From assembly GCA_965228475.1 (NCBI GenBank), contig OZ245817.1:3744001-3808000 (forward strand): 64,000 bases of DNA, read 5' to 3'. This DNA is from Myxococcota bacterium. Lineage in GTDB: Bacteria; Myxococcota_A; UBA9160; JAFDDA01. A program made the translations under genes and the position numbers. The notes beneath the pieces were generated by a model. It searched no databases and was not told the DNA's origin. It worked only from the letters and a program-made list of their open reading frames with translations. Every line of letters starts with the position of its first letter. The first letter of the stretch is position 1. Positions 9,193 through 19,113 of this stretch are shown here, one piece after another.

Positions 9193-10920
9193 CTAGGGGA
9201 GCCAGGTCCAGAGCCGCATGCGCAGCCAGTCGACGAGGCCGTGGCTGAAGATCCAGAGCAGCCGGCGGCTCCCGACCTCGACCTTCGCCAGGCCCTCCAT
9301 GCCGGGCCGAAGCCCCTCGACGGGTTCGTCGAGGGCGGCCTCGACGCGGAAGAAGTGACGGCCGTCCTCGGTGCTCGAGACCGGGGTGATGCGCTCCACC
9401 GTGAGCGGCAGGGTTCGCCCCGGGATCGCCGAGAGCGCGAGACGGCCCTCCTGGCCCGCCGCGACGTCCGCGATGTCCCGCCCGTCGACCTCGAGCACGA
9501 TCCGGTAGCCGTCGAGCGGCGCGAGCTCGAAGAGCACGCTGCCGAGTTCCACCGGGGAGCCGAGCGCCTGGCCGAGGTCGCCCTCGAGCACCACGCCGTC
9601 GAAGGGCGCGACCACGCGGGTCCGGGCGAGCTGTTCCTCTACGAGCGCGAGTTTCGCTTCGGCCTGCTCGATCTGGGCGCGCAGCACGCTCACCTCCGTG
9701 CGGTCCCGTGCGGCCAGCGCTTCCCGATACGACTTCTCGAGTTGAGACTTCTCGCTCGCGCGACGCTGACGCGAGAGTGCGAGATCGCGATCGTCGAGCC
9801 GGGCCAGCAGGTCCCCCTCCCGCACGACGTCCCCCGCGCGTGCGTGCGCTTCGGCGAGGTAGCCGTTCACGCCCGCCACGAGGGAGCGCTGCACCCGGCC
9901 TTCGAGGGTGGCCCGCGCCGCCACCCGGTAGCCCGCGGGAACGATCGCAAGAAAAAGAAGCAACGCCGCCGTCGCTGCGAACACGGCCTTCGCGAGCGTT
10001 CGGTCCGGGCCGAGGTGCCGCTCGAGCGCTGCCCGCAGCGATGCGGCGGCCCGCGCTGCCGGCCCGTGCCCCGCGCGTTCGTGCAGCGCGAGGATCGGCC
10101 CGCAGTGGACCGCGACCTCCTCGAGGAACTCGCCCCGGCCGGCCGGTGGGTCCTCGCGCCACTCGCAAAGAAGCGCCCCGACGGTCCGGCCGTTGGCCGG
10201 AAGAGGAATCGTGGCGAGAGAAGCGGAACCCGACGCCTCGCCACAGGTCGCGTGCGCAACGGTGACGAGGGCCGCGCCCTCGGGCTGCGGCCACTCGATT
10301 CGCGCATCCTGATCGACGGACTCCTGCATCGCCTCGCGCAGGTCCCGGACGGTCTCGGTCTCCGCCCGGAAGCGCAGCCCCGTCGAGAGCGCGGCGACCT
10401 GAAGCGTTCCGTCGCGAACGAGGCCGATCGCCACGCGCTCGCACCCCTCGCGGCGCGCGAGTTCGAGGGCCAGCCCATGGGCGGCTTCGTCGGCCCGCTC
10501 CGTGGCCAGCAGGCCGGCAACGAGACCGAGCAGGGCGCCCTGCTCCCCACGCTCGCGCTCGGCCGTGAGCAGGCCGTCGAGCTCGCGCACGTCGGCGGCC
10601 AGGCGTTCACCGAGCTGCTTCAGGTCGGTCGGCCCGACGCCGGGCACCGCGATGCCGAGGGAGCCGACCACGTTGCCGCCGGAGATCACCGGAACCGCCG
10701 CGCAGGCGGTAGCGGCCTCGCTCTCCGCGGCCTGGCCGGCGGGGCCCGCACGATCCCGCGCCGCCTCGGCCGTGGCGAGCAGGCGCGCGCCCGGCTCCCC
10801 CTCGGCAGGCCAGGCGATGCGCTGCGGGCCGAGCAGCAGGAGCGCGGCGCGCACTCCGGGGATCCCCCGACACTCGAGAGCGAGCCATCGCTCGAGTCGG
10901 TTTCGAAGCTCCGGATGCAC
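9193..10920 (-). CDS. GAF-like domain(s) plus HlyD-family periplasmic adaptor
   Basis: GAF-like N-terminal region (CERVAIG...AMQESVDQ...LATIPL...VGALLCE), a TM helix, then NGYLAEAHARAGDVVREGDLLARLD and VVAPFDGVV; probable GTG start at 10920 with GGGGAG RBS. Confidence 0.85.
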   Translation of the reverse strand: MHPELRNRLERWLALECRGIPGVRAALLLLGPQRIAWPAEGEPGARLLATAEAARDRAGPAGQAAESEAATACAAVPVISGGNVVGSLGIAVPGVGPTDLKQLGERLAADVRELDGLLTAERERGEQGALLGLVAGLLATERADEAAHGLALELARREGCERVAIGLVRDGTLQVAALSTGLRFRAETETVRDLREAMQESVDQDARIEWPQPEGAALVTVAHATCGEASGSASLATIPLPANGRTVGALLCEWREDPPAGRGEFLEEVAVHCGPILALHERAGHGPAARAAASLRAALERHLGPDRTLAKAVFAATAALLLFLAIVPAGYRVAARATLEGRVQRSLVAGVNGYLAEAHARAGDVVREGDLLARLDDRDLALSRQRRASEKSQLEKSYREALAARDRTEVSVLRAQIEQAEAKLALVEEQLARTRVVAPFDGVVLEGDLGQALGSPVELGSVLFELAPLDGYRIVLEVDGRDIADVAAGQEGRLALSAIPGRTLPLTVERITPVSSTEDGRHFFRVEAALDEPVEGLRPGMEGLAKVEVGSRRLLWIFSHGLVDWLRMRLWTWLP

Positions 10921-10994
10921 GCTGCCTGACTCCCCGCGCCGAAGGCGTTCCCCGAGCGGTTTCGGGGGCTTGCTTCGGGATCTGCCTGGGTTCG

Positions 10995-11022
10995 TTTTCG
11001 GCGCAACAAACGGCCTGCTTGA
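10995..11022 (-). promoter_or_regulatory. Sigma-28 (FliA)-like promoter for the leftward MFP/M50/SecA operon
   Basis: Minus strand TCAA-GCAGGCCGTTTGTTGC(16)-GCCGAAAA. Confidence 0.6.
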
Positions 11023-11080
11023 CCGCTGCCTGTGAGGGGAATTCCCGTGGCTTTTCAGAGAGTTCGGGACATTCCGCCCG

Positions 11081-11108
11081 TCAAGGCGCGGGGCCGACGC
11101 CCCGATGA
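11081..11108 (+). promoter_or_regulatory. Sigma-28-like promoter for the giant protein/kinase operon
   Basis: TCAA-N16-CCCGATGA, 38 nt upstream of ATG 11147. Confidence 0.5.
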
Positions 11109-11146
11109 GATAGGGACCCCCGGTTCCGCGGGGATGGGAGAGGTGG

Positions 11147-14100
11147 ATGATGAGGCGCCGGCGCGCCGGTTCGGGCGCAGGCAGAGCACGACGTGCGCGC
11201 GTCGAGGCCCTCGAGCCGCGCATCCTGCTCTCGGCGGACTTCCCGGGCCTCGAGGCCCTGCTCGCTCCGGAGGAGACGGCGCCCCTCGAGCTCCGGATGC
11301 CGGAGACGGACGCCTCGCCGCAGCTCGAGCAGAGCGTCCGGCGCGAACTCGTCTTCATCGACCCGCGGGTCGAGAACGCCGACGCGCTGATCGCGGACCT
11401 GACCTCGAGGAACGATCGCGAGCGGCGGATCGAGGTCGTCACTCTCGACGCCGCGCGCGACGGAGTCGCCCAGATCCGCGACGTGCTCGCTCGATCGGAG
11501 GAACCGGTCGACGCCGTGCACGTGGTCTCCCACGGCACCGACTCGGGCTTCCAGCTCGGCGCGACCTGGCTCACGCGCGACAACGTCGCCGATCACGCAG
11601 ACTCCCTCGCCCGCTGGAACGAAACGCTCGCCGAGGACGCCGATCTCCTCCTCTACGGCTGCAACCTCGCCTCGGCCCCGGACGGCCAGGCGCTCGTCGG
11701 CAGCCTCGCCCGCCTCACCGGCGCCGACGTCGCGGCCAGCACCGACCTCACCGGCTCGGCCCGGCAGGGCGGCGACTGGGAGCTCGAGTACACCGAGGGC
11801 CGCGTCGAGAGCACGGTGGCCTTCTCGGCCCAGGCGCGCACGAGCTGGGCGGGCTTGCTCGACGGCACCGCGATCTGGGCCCAGAACGGGCAGACCACAC
11901 CCCTCACGAGCGCCTTCGACGGAACGAGCTTCGGTCCCACCGGGCCCACCGTCGACGTCGGCCACGAGTGGAACGTGATCGCCGGCGCCGAATCGCCGGA
12001 CCGCGACGAGGCCATCGTCGCCGGCATCGGGGACGACGGCAACCTCGTCGGAATGGTCTGGGACGGAACCGCCTGGACCACCAGCGATCCGCTCGGAATC
12101 GGGGTCCCGAACATCACGGAAACCGAGCGCTGGGCAATCGACGTGACCTACGAATCGGCAAGCGGGGACGCGATTCTGGTTTGGAGCTCAGGGAGCACGC
12201 AGATCCTGGGCCAGGAGATCTGGTACGCGACGTGGAACGGAACGAACTGGAGCCTCCCGAAGGGATTGAACGCTCCGGCCGGGGTCGAGATCAACCAGAT
12301 TCGACTCGCCTCCAACCCCAACAGCGACGAGGTCGTGCTGGTTGCCAGCAACGAGGACTACGAGGACTACGCCTTCGTCTGGGACGGCTCGAACTGGGGC
12401 AACGCGATCACCCTGCACGACGGCAACAACGTGCCCGACAACCAGGACGTCCAGATCGTCTACGAGCAGCAATCCGGCCACGCGATGGCCGTCTGGGCGG
12501 AGAACAACCCCAACCTCCGGTACCGGATCTGGGACGGGGCGAGCTGGAGCGCGGAACAAAACCTGACGAAGCCGGGCGGCGTCAACGGCAAGGTCATCTC
12601 GATCGCGGTCGCCGCCGACCCGACCAGCGATCGCATCGTCCTCGGCGCGGTCACCGAAGACAACGAGACCTGGCTCGCCGCCTGGGACGGAGGCAGCTGG
12701 GACCCTTCCGTCCTGGCCACCTCGGACAGCCCCCACACGGACCGGCTGGGCGTGGCGGTCGCCTTCGAGAGCACGAGTGGCGAAGCCCTCGCCGCCTACG
12801 CGACGACGGCGGACGAGGTGCGGTTCCGGACGTGGAGTACGGGCGGTGGGTGGTCCGGGGAAAGTGTTGGGCCCGACATCGGTGCCCAGCCGAACGTACT
12901 CACGCTCGACGCGGATCCGGAATCCGATTCGATCATGCTCTCGGTCGTCGCGGACGACCGGGACATCTGGTTCGCTCACTGGGACGGCGGCTCCTTCGTC
13001 TCCGCGACGGAGCTCGAGACCGACGCCACGACGAACGCCGGCCAACCCTTCCTGTTCCTCTGGGACGCCGGCGAGACCGCACCCAATACCGCCCCGGTCC
13101 TCACACCCGGCGGGGCTGCCCTCACGGGCATCGACGAAGACGACCTGGCGAACGGCGGCGATCTCGTCTCGGCCATCGTCGGCGCGGCCATTGCGGACCC
13201 CGACGGGGGCGCCGCGGAGGGGATCGCGATCTTCGGGCTCGCCAGCGGCAACGGAACCTGGGAATACTCGACGACGGGTGGGGTCTCCTGGAACGCCGTC
13301 GGCGCGGTCGACCCGACGAATGCCCTCGTCCTCCGCTCGACGGACCGGGTGCGCTTCGTCCCGGACGGCGAGAACGGCACGAGCCCTTCCTTCGACTTCC
13401 GCGCCTGGGACCAGACCGACGGGAGCAGCGCCGGCGACAAGGTCGACGTCACCACGAACGGTGGCACCTCGGCCTTTTCCGCAGCGAGTGATACCGCCAC
13501 GATCGCCGTTGCGAGCGTGAACGACGCGCCCGTGCTCGCCCCGGCTTCACCGGCCCTCGCCGGGATCGCCGAGGACGACCTCAACAACGCCGGAGACCTG
13601 GTCTCGGACCTGCTGGGCGGAACCCTGAGCGACGTCGATGCCGTCACCCTGCAGGGCATTGCGATCACGGCCGTCGCGAGCGGCAACGGCACGTGGCAGT
13701 TCTCGACGAACGGTGGCGGCGCTTGGAGCAACGTCGGCGCCGTGGATGCGAGCAACGCCCTGCTCCTGCGCTCGACGGATCGCGTGCGCTTCGTCCCCGA
13801 TGGCCAGAACGCCGATACGGCCTCCTTCGACTTCCTCGGCTGGGACCAGACCTCGGGCGCCTTCGGCACGAAGGCCGACGCCAGCACCACCGGCGGCACG
13901 ACCGCCTTCTCGGACGACGCCAACACGGCCACCGTCACGGTGACGGCGACCAACGATGCCCCCGTCCTCGCGGCGGCCACGCCCTCCCTCACGACCATCG
14001 ACGAAGACGAGACCGGGAACCCGGGGGACCTGGTCTCGGACATCCTCGGCGGTTCGGTGACGGACGGCGACGCCGGTGCGCTCCAGGGCATCGCCATCAC

Positions 14101-17100
14101 TGCCCTCGCCTCGGGCCGGGGGACCTGGCAGTACGACACCGGGGGCGGGTTCACGGACATCGGCGCCGTGAACGCGACGAACGCGCTCCTCCTCCGCGCG
14201 ACGGATCGGATCCGCTTCGTCCCCGACGCCGAGAACGCGGACACCGCCTCCTTCGACTTCCGCGCCTGGGACCAGACCTCGGGCGCGGCCGGAACGAAGG
14301 TCGACGCCAGCACCACCGGCGGAACGACCGCCTTCTCGGACGGTGAGAACACCGCCGGGATCACCGTCACGGCGGTGAACGACGCGCCGACCCTCGCTTC
14401 GGGCGTCCGCGCCACGCTGAATGCGGTCAGCGAAGACGCCGGGGCGCCGGTGGGCGCCGTCGGCACCCTCGTCACGAGCCTGGTGGACGTCGCGGGAGGC
14501 GGCGGCCTCGACAACTACGCCGACGTCGACGCGACGACCGCGGTCGGCATCGCGATCACCAACTCGAAGTTCGCCGACGGAACGTGGTACTTCACGACCG
14601 ACGGCGGCGCGAGCTGGAACCTGCTCGGAACGCCGAACAACAACAACGCCCGGCTCCTCTCGGCGGATGCGCTGACGCGCGTGTACTTCCAGCCGAACCC
14701 GGACTTCGAGGGCACGATCGAGAACGCGATCCGCTTCCGCGCCTGGGACGGGAGCACCGGCGTCGCCGGCGGCATCGCCGACAGCACTCCGGCGGGCGGA
14801 ACGACCGCCTTCAGCAGCGTGAAGAACGGCGCGGACCTGACCGTCACCGCCGTGAACGACGCACCGGTCCTCGACGCAAGTGGAAACATGGTCCTGGCGG
14901 ACGTGGCCCAGGACGACGCCGACCCGCCGGGCACCTCCGTCCTCGGCATCATCGCCAGCGCCGGGGGCGACCGCATCACCGACGCCGACGCGGGCGCCTC
15001 CGAAGGCATCGCCGTCACGGGCGTCGACGACACGAACGGCACCTGGCACTACTCGACGAACGGCGGAGGGGCCTGGATCTCCTTCGCGGCCCAGGGCGTC
15101 TCGGACGGCGGCACGGACGACGCCAATGCCGTCCTGCTCGACACGACGGTCCTCGTTCGCTTCGTGCCCGACGCCGCCTACGTCGGCACCGCGGGCACGA
15201 TCACCTTCCGCGCCTGGGACCAGACCTCCGGCGCGAACGGCGACGTCGGCGTGGACGTCTCGACGAACGGCGGCACCACCGCCTTCAGCACCGCGACCGA
15301 GACCGCGACGCTCGGCGTGAACGCTCCCGTCGGGGTCGACAACATCGTCCCGGGCCCCCAGAACGTCGACGAGGACGGCACGCTCGTGTTCTCCGTCGCG
15401 AACGGCAACTCGATCACCGTGAGCGGCGGCGGCGCCGGCGATGCGACCCTGCGCGTCGTCGTCTCCGTGACGAACGGCGCCTTCACCCTGGCCGGAACCG
15501 TCGGCCTCGCCTCCGTCTCGGGAAACGGAACCGCCTCCGTCACGATGACGGGCTCGAGCGCCGCGATCGACGCCGCCCTCGCAGGGGCGAGCTACCAGCC
15601 GACCGGCGACTACGCCGGAGCGGCGAACGTACAGATCGAAACCACCCTGGCGAGCCTCGAGGGGCACTACACCTTCGACGACACAGGCGACCTCGGGAAC
15701 GACGAGAGCCCCGCGGGCACGAACGACGGCACGGTCACCGGCGCCGTGGCCGGGGTCGACGCGGGCGCCCGCGACTCGATCCTCACCTTCGACGGGAACG
15801 ACCGCGTCGACATCACGGGCCGATTCGGCGATCCGGCCAACGTGACGCTCGCGACCTGGGTGAACCTGGACGCCGGGTTCCAGACGGACGACGTCATCAA
15901 CCTCGGAGGCGGCGTCGTTCTGACCGTGGACGAGACCGGCAACGGGGTGACCGGCCACTTCTGGGATGGCGCGGCGGAACAGCTCACCACTTCGGGAACC
16001 TTCATCGCCGGTACGGGCTGGCACCACGTCGCGTACACCTTCGACGACGGGGCGAACGAGCAGATCCTCTACATCGACGGCGTCGCGGTCAACACGACGA
16101 ACCACGCGGCCTCGATCTCCTACGGCCTCGACCCGGACTCCTACCTCGGGCACGACCCGCTGAACGCCGCCAACGCCCTCCACGGCAGCCTCGACGACGC
16201 TCGCGTCTACGACCGGGCCCTGACCGCCACCGAGGTGGCGGCCCTCGCCGCGGACTCGGCGCGCAGCAGCGACGCCATCGCGGTCACTGTCGACGCGGTG
16301 AACGATGCACCGGCCGGCACCGCCGGCTCCGTCGCCACGAACGAGGACACTCCCTACGTCTTCGAGGCCGTCGACTTCGGGTTCACGGATCCGGTCGAGG
16401 GCCACGCCTTCGCCGGGATCGTCGTCACCACGGCCCCCGGAGCCGGGACCCTGCGGAACGGAGGGGACGTGCTCACGGGCGGCGAGTTCGTGACCGCCGC
16501 GGAGATCGCGGCGGGCGACCTCGTCTTCACGCCGGCGGACGACGCCCACGGCCTCGCCTACACGAGCTTCACGTTCCAGGTCCGCGACGACGGCGGCACG
16601 GCGAACGGTGGCGTCGACACGGACCCCGTCGCGGACACGATGACGATCGACGTCACCCCGGTGAACGACGCGCCGGAAGGGACGAACGCCACGGTGGCAA
16701 CGCCCGAAGACACGGTCTTCACCTTCGCCACCGGCCACTTCGGCTTCAGCGACCCCGTGGAGGGGCACGCCTTCGACGGCATCATCGTGACCACGGTTCC
16801 GGGCGACGGGACGCTGCGGAACGGCGGCACGGTCCTCACGGGGGGAGAGTTCGTGAGCGCGGCTGCGATCGCCGCCAACGCCCTCACCTTCACGCCGGCG
16901 CCCGAGGAGAGCGGCGCGGCCTACGCGAGCTTCACGTTCCAGGTGCAGGACGCCGGCGGCACCACGAACGGCGGCGTCGCCCTCGACCCGACGGCCAACA
17001 CGATCACCATCGACGTCACCAGCGCGAACGACGCGCCGGTCCTCACCCCGGGTGGCTCGGCCCTGACCGGCATCACCGAGGACCAGCAGAACAACGCGGG

Positions 17101-19111
17101 CGACACCGTCGCGGACATCGCCGGCGGAGCCATCACCGACGCCGATGCGGGTGCCGTCGAGGGCATCGCCATCACCTCCCTCGTGAGCGGCACCGGGACC
17201 TGGCAGTTCTCGCTGAACGGCGGCGTCGACTGGAACGCGATCCCCGCCGTCAGCAACGCCAACGCCCTCCTGCTGCGTGCCACGGACCGGGTCCGCTTCG
17301 TCCCGGACGGCCAGAACGCCACGAACCCCTCCTTCACCTTCCGCGCCTGGGACCAGACGTCCGGGCTCGCGGGGAACCAGGTGGACGCGGGCGCCGGCGG
17401 CGGAGCCAGCGCCTTCTCCGCGGCGACCGACGTGGCGACGATCGCGGTGACCGACGTCAACGACGCGCCGACCCTCGCCCCGGGTGCCCCCTCTCTCGGC
17501 GTGATGACCGAGGACGCCGGCGCGACCCCGGGAACCCTCGTCGGGACGGTGCTCGGCGCCTCGATGAGCGACATCGACGCCGTCGCCCCGGAAGGCATCG
17601 CGGTGACCGCCCTCTCCGGCGCGAACGGCACCTGGGAGTTCTCCACCAACGGCGGCGCTTCCTGGAACGCCATCGGTTCGGTCGCCGCCAACAACGCCCT
17701 GCTCCTCCGCGACACCGATCGGATCCGCTTCCGCCCCAACGGCACGAACGGGACGGCCGCGACCCTCGGCTACCACGCGTGGGACCAGAGCACCGGTGCC
17801 GCCGGCATCAAGACCAACGCCTCGGTCCGAGGCGGCACGACCGCCTACTCGACCGCCGGCGACACCCTCCAGCTGACGGTCTCGAGCGTCAACGATGCGC
17901 CGAGCATCGGAGGGGCGACCCTGGCTTCGGTGCCCGGCGGAACGGCCGACCCGCCGGGCGCGAGCGTCGCGGGACTGTTCGGCCCGACCCATGCCGATGT
18001 CGACGCCGGCGCGAGCTTCGCCGGCATCGCCGTCGTCGGAAACGGCGCCAACGCAGGCACCGAAGGCACCTGGCAGTACTCGACCGACTCGGGTGCGAAC
18101 TGGTTCGACGTCGGCACGGTGGCCGACGGTGCGACGGCGCTCGCTCTGCCGTCGACGTCCCTGCTCCGCTTCGTTCCCGCCGCGGGGTTCGAAGGCGAGC
18201 CGGCCTCGCTCTCGGTCCGGAGCCTCGACGACACCTTCGCCGGCGCGTTCTCCTCGACCGCCGGTGGCACCGAGAGCCGACAGTTCGCCGACACGACGGG
18301 CGCCGGAGGCACGAGCGCGATCTCCGGCAACGTGGGCAGCCTCGCCACGATGATCGGGGAGGCGGAGCCGCCGCCCGAACCGCCGCCGGCTCCGCCGCCC
18401 GACCTCGAGCCGCCGGAACCCGGAGAGGATCCCGAGCCCGAGGAGGAACCGGAACCCGAACCCGAGGAGACCCCCGAGCCCGAAACCCCGGAGCCGGGCG
18501 ACTCCGGCGCCCTCCCCGGGGATGGGATCATGCCCCCGCCCCTGGATTCGGAAGAGGATGCACCGCCCGCGCCCGAACTCGCCCCGCCGGCGCCCGTCTA
18601 CTCGATCGACACCGACCTCGATGAAGGCGGCACGGACGGAGACCCGGGAACCCGGCCGGGCGACGACTCCTTCCGGCGCGGACCGCGCGAAGCGGCCGGC
18701 GACCGCGTCGAGTTCCGTCAGCTCACCATCGAGACGGTCCGTAACCTCTTGAACGGCGGGTTCGACTTCCTCTCCGAGGGGGCCGGCCTGCTCGAGGAAC
18801 TCGACCGCTTCAAGGAAGAGGCCGAGGTGAAGACGCTGATCGAGAACGCGGTCGCCGGCTCGAGCGCGGCCGTGAGCGCCGGCCTCTCCCTCGGCTACGT
18901 CGTCTGGCTGACGCGCGGGGGCCTGCTCCTCGCGAGCTTCGCCTCCTCGATGCCCGCCTGGCGCCTGGTCGACCCGATCCCGATCCTCGCGAGCCTCGCG
19001 GTGCAGCAGGAGGGTGAGGACGAGTCCCTCGAGAGCCTCGTCGACGCGAGCGCCGAAGAAGATTCCGATGGCGAGGCCGGGCGGCCGAAGAGCCAGGGCG
19101 AGGTCCACTGA
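11147..19111 (+). CDS. Giant (2654 aa) putative surface adhesin: LEPRxLL motif, DUF4347-like domain, Trp-rich WDG repeat region, cadherin/Ig-like repeats, LamG domain, Pro/Glu linker, hydrophobic C-terminal motif
   Basis: [19 protein letters not shown]...VHVVSHG...LLLYGCNLA...ASTDLTG...GGDWELE (DUF4347-like); N(D/T)AP repeat junctions; WHHVAYTFD...LYIDG...[14 protein letters not shown] (LamG); C-term [32 protein letters not shown]. Confidence 0.92.
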   Translation: MMRRRRAGSGAGRARRARVEALEPRILLSADFPGLEALLAPEETAPLELRMPETDASPQLEQSVRRELVFIDPRVENADALIADLTSRNDRERRIEVVTLDAARDGVAQIRDVLARSEEPVDAVHVVSHGTDSGFQLGATWLTRDNVADHADSLARWNETLAEDADLLLYGCNLASAPDGQALVGSLARLTGADVAASTDLTGSARQGGDWELEYTEGRVESTVAFSAQARTSWAGLLDGTAIWAQNGQTTPLTSAFDGTSFGPTGPTVDVGHEWNVIAGAESPDRDEAIVAGIGDDGNLVGMVWDGTAWTTSDPLGIGVPNITETERWAIDVTYESASGDAILVWSSGSTQILGQEIWYATWNGTNWSLPKGLNAPAGVEINQIRLASNPNSDEVVLVASNEDYEDYAFVWDGSNWGNAITLHDGNNVPDNQDVQIVYEQQSGHAMAVWAENNPNLRYRIWDGASWSAEQNLTKPGGVNGKVISIAVAADPTSDRIVLGAVTEDNETWLAAWDGGSWDPSVLATSDSPHTDRLGVAVAFESTSGEALAAYATTADEVRFRTWSTGGGWSGESVGPDIGAQPNVLTLDADPESDSIMLSVVADDRDIWFAHWDGGSFVSATELETDATTNAGQPFLFLWDAGETAPNTAPVLTPGGAALTGIDEDDLANGGDLVSAIVGAAIADPDGGAAEGIAIFGLASGNGTWEYSTTGGVSWNAVGAVDPTNALVLRSTDRVRFVPDGENGTSPSFDFRAWDQTDGSSAGDKVDVTTNGGTSAFSAASDTATIAVASVNDAPVLAPASPALAGIAEDDLNNAGDLVSDLLGGTLSDVDAVTLQGIAITAVASGNGTWQFSTNGGGAWSNVGAVDASNALLLRSTDRVRFVPDGQNADTASFDFLGWDQTSGAFGTKADASTTGGTTAFSDDANTATVTVTATNDAPVLAAATPSLTTIDEDETGNPGDLVSDILGGSVTDGDAGALQGIAITALASGRGTWQYDTGGGFTDIGAVNATNALLLRATDRIRFVPDAENADTASFDFRAWDQTSGAAGTKVDASTTGGTTAFSDGENTAGITVTAVNDAPTLASGVRATLNAVSEDAGAPVGAVGTLVTSLVDVAGGGGLDNYADVDATTAVGIAITNSKFADGTWYFTTDGGASWNLLGTPNNNNARLLSADALTRVYFQPNPDFEGTIENAIRFRAWDGSTGVAGGIADSTPAGGTTAFSSVKNGADLTVTAVNDAPVLDASGNMVLADVAQDDADPPGTSVLGIIASAGGDRITDADAGASEGIAVTGVDDTNGTWHYSTNGGGAWISFAAQGVSDGGTDDANAVLLDTTVLVRFVPDAAYVGTAGTITFRAWDQTSGANGDVGVDVSTNGGTTAFSTATETATLGVNAPVGVDNIVPGPQNVDEDGTLVFSVANGNSITVSGGGAGDATLRVVVSVTNGAFTLAGTVGLASVSGNGTASVTMTGSSAAIDAALAGASYQPTGDYAGAANVQIETTLASLEGHYTFDDTGDLGNDESPAGTNDGTVTGAVAGVDAGARDSILTFDGNDRVDITGRFGDPANVTLATWVNLDAGFQTDDVINLGGGVVLTVDETGNGVTGHFWDGAAEQLTTSGTFIAGTGWHHVAYTFDDGANEQILYIDGVAVNTTNHAASISYGLDPDSYLGHDPLNAANALHGSLDDARVYDRALTATEVAALAADSARSSDAIAVTVDAVNDAPAGTAGSVATNEDTPYVFEAVDFGFTDPVEGHAFAGIVVTTAPGAGTLRNGGDVLTGGEFVTAAEIAAGDLVFTPADDAHGLAYTSFTFQVRDDGGTANGGVDTDPVADTMTIDVTPVNDAPEGTNATVATPEDTVFTFATGHFGFSDPVEGHAFDGIIVTTVPGDGTLRNGGTVLTGGEFVSAAAIAANALTFTPAPEESGAAYASFTFQVQDAGGTTNGGVALDPTANTITIDVTSANDAPVLTPGGSALTGITEDQQNNAGDTVADIAGGAITDADAGAVEGIAITSLVSGTGTWQFSLNGGVDWNAIPAVSNANALLLRATDRVRFVPDGQNATNPSFTFRAWDQTSGLAGNQVDAGAGGGASAFSAATDVATIAVTDVNDAPTLAPGAPSLGVMTEDAGATPGTLVGTVLGASMSDIDAVAPEGIAVTALSGANGTWEFSTNGGASWNAIGSVAANNALLLRDTDRIRFRPNGTNGTAATLGYHAWDQSTGAAGIKTNASVRGGTTAYSTAGDTLQLTVSSVNDAPSIGGATLASVPGGTADPPGASVAGLFGPTHADVDAGASFAGIAVVGNGANAGTEGTWQYSTDSGANWFDVGTVADGATALALPSTSLLRFVPAAGFEGEPASLSVRSLDDTFAGAFSSTAGGTESRQFADTTGAGGTSAISGNVGSLATMIGEAEPPPEPPPAPPPDLEPPEPGEDPEPEEEPEPEPEETPEPETPEPGDSGALPGDGIMPPPLDSEEDAPPAPELAPPAPVYSIDTDLDEGGTDGDPGTRPGDDSFRRGPREAAGDRVEFRQLTIETVRNLLNGGFDFLSEGAGLLEELDRFKEEAEVKTLIENAVAGSSAAVSAGLSLGYVVWLTRGGLLLASFASSMPAWRLVDPIPILASLAVQQEGEDESLESLVDASAEEDSDGEAGRPKSQGEVH
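13085..18350 (+). repeat. Intragenic tandem cadherin/Ig-like repeats
   Basis: Ten N(D/T)AP junctions at 13085, 13520, 13952, 14378, 14855, 16301, 16664, 17027, 17459, 17891 (spacings mostly 426-477 or 363 nt); recurrent GIAIT..GTWQ(F/Y)[22 protein letters not shown]. Confidence 0.9.
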
Positions 19112-19113
19112 CC

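Noticed and set aside
9193..11583. 796-aa version of the GAF-MFP overlapping the giant gene start
   Set aside because: The extension is low-complexity and crosses the divergent promoter region; GTG 10920 with RBS is more plausible
13085..18350. Regularly spaced DNA repeats considered as a CRISPR array or mobile repeat
   Set aside because: Period is 360-480 nt, in frame and degenerate at third codon positions: protein domain repeats, with no cas genes nearby
13547..19108. 1853-aa antisense ORF and 1346-aa alternative-frame ORF over the giant gene, plus many similar long overlapping ORFs across the window
   Set aside because: Shadow ORFs expected from high GC and strong codon bias; Arg/Gly/Pro-rich with no recognisable motifs
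11147..19111. Classical RTX/T1SS substrate or autotransporter
   Set aside because: No GGxGxDxL nonapeptide repeats, no Sec signal peptide, no C-terminal beta-barrel
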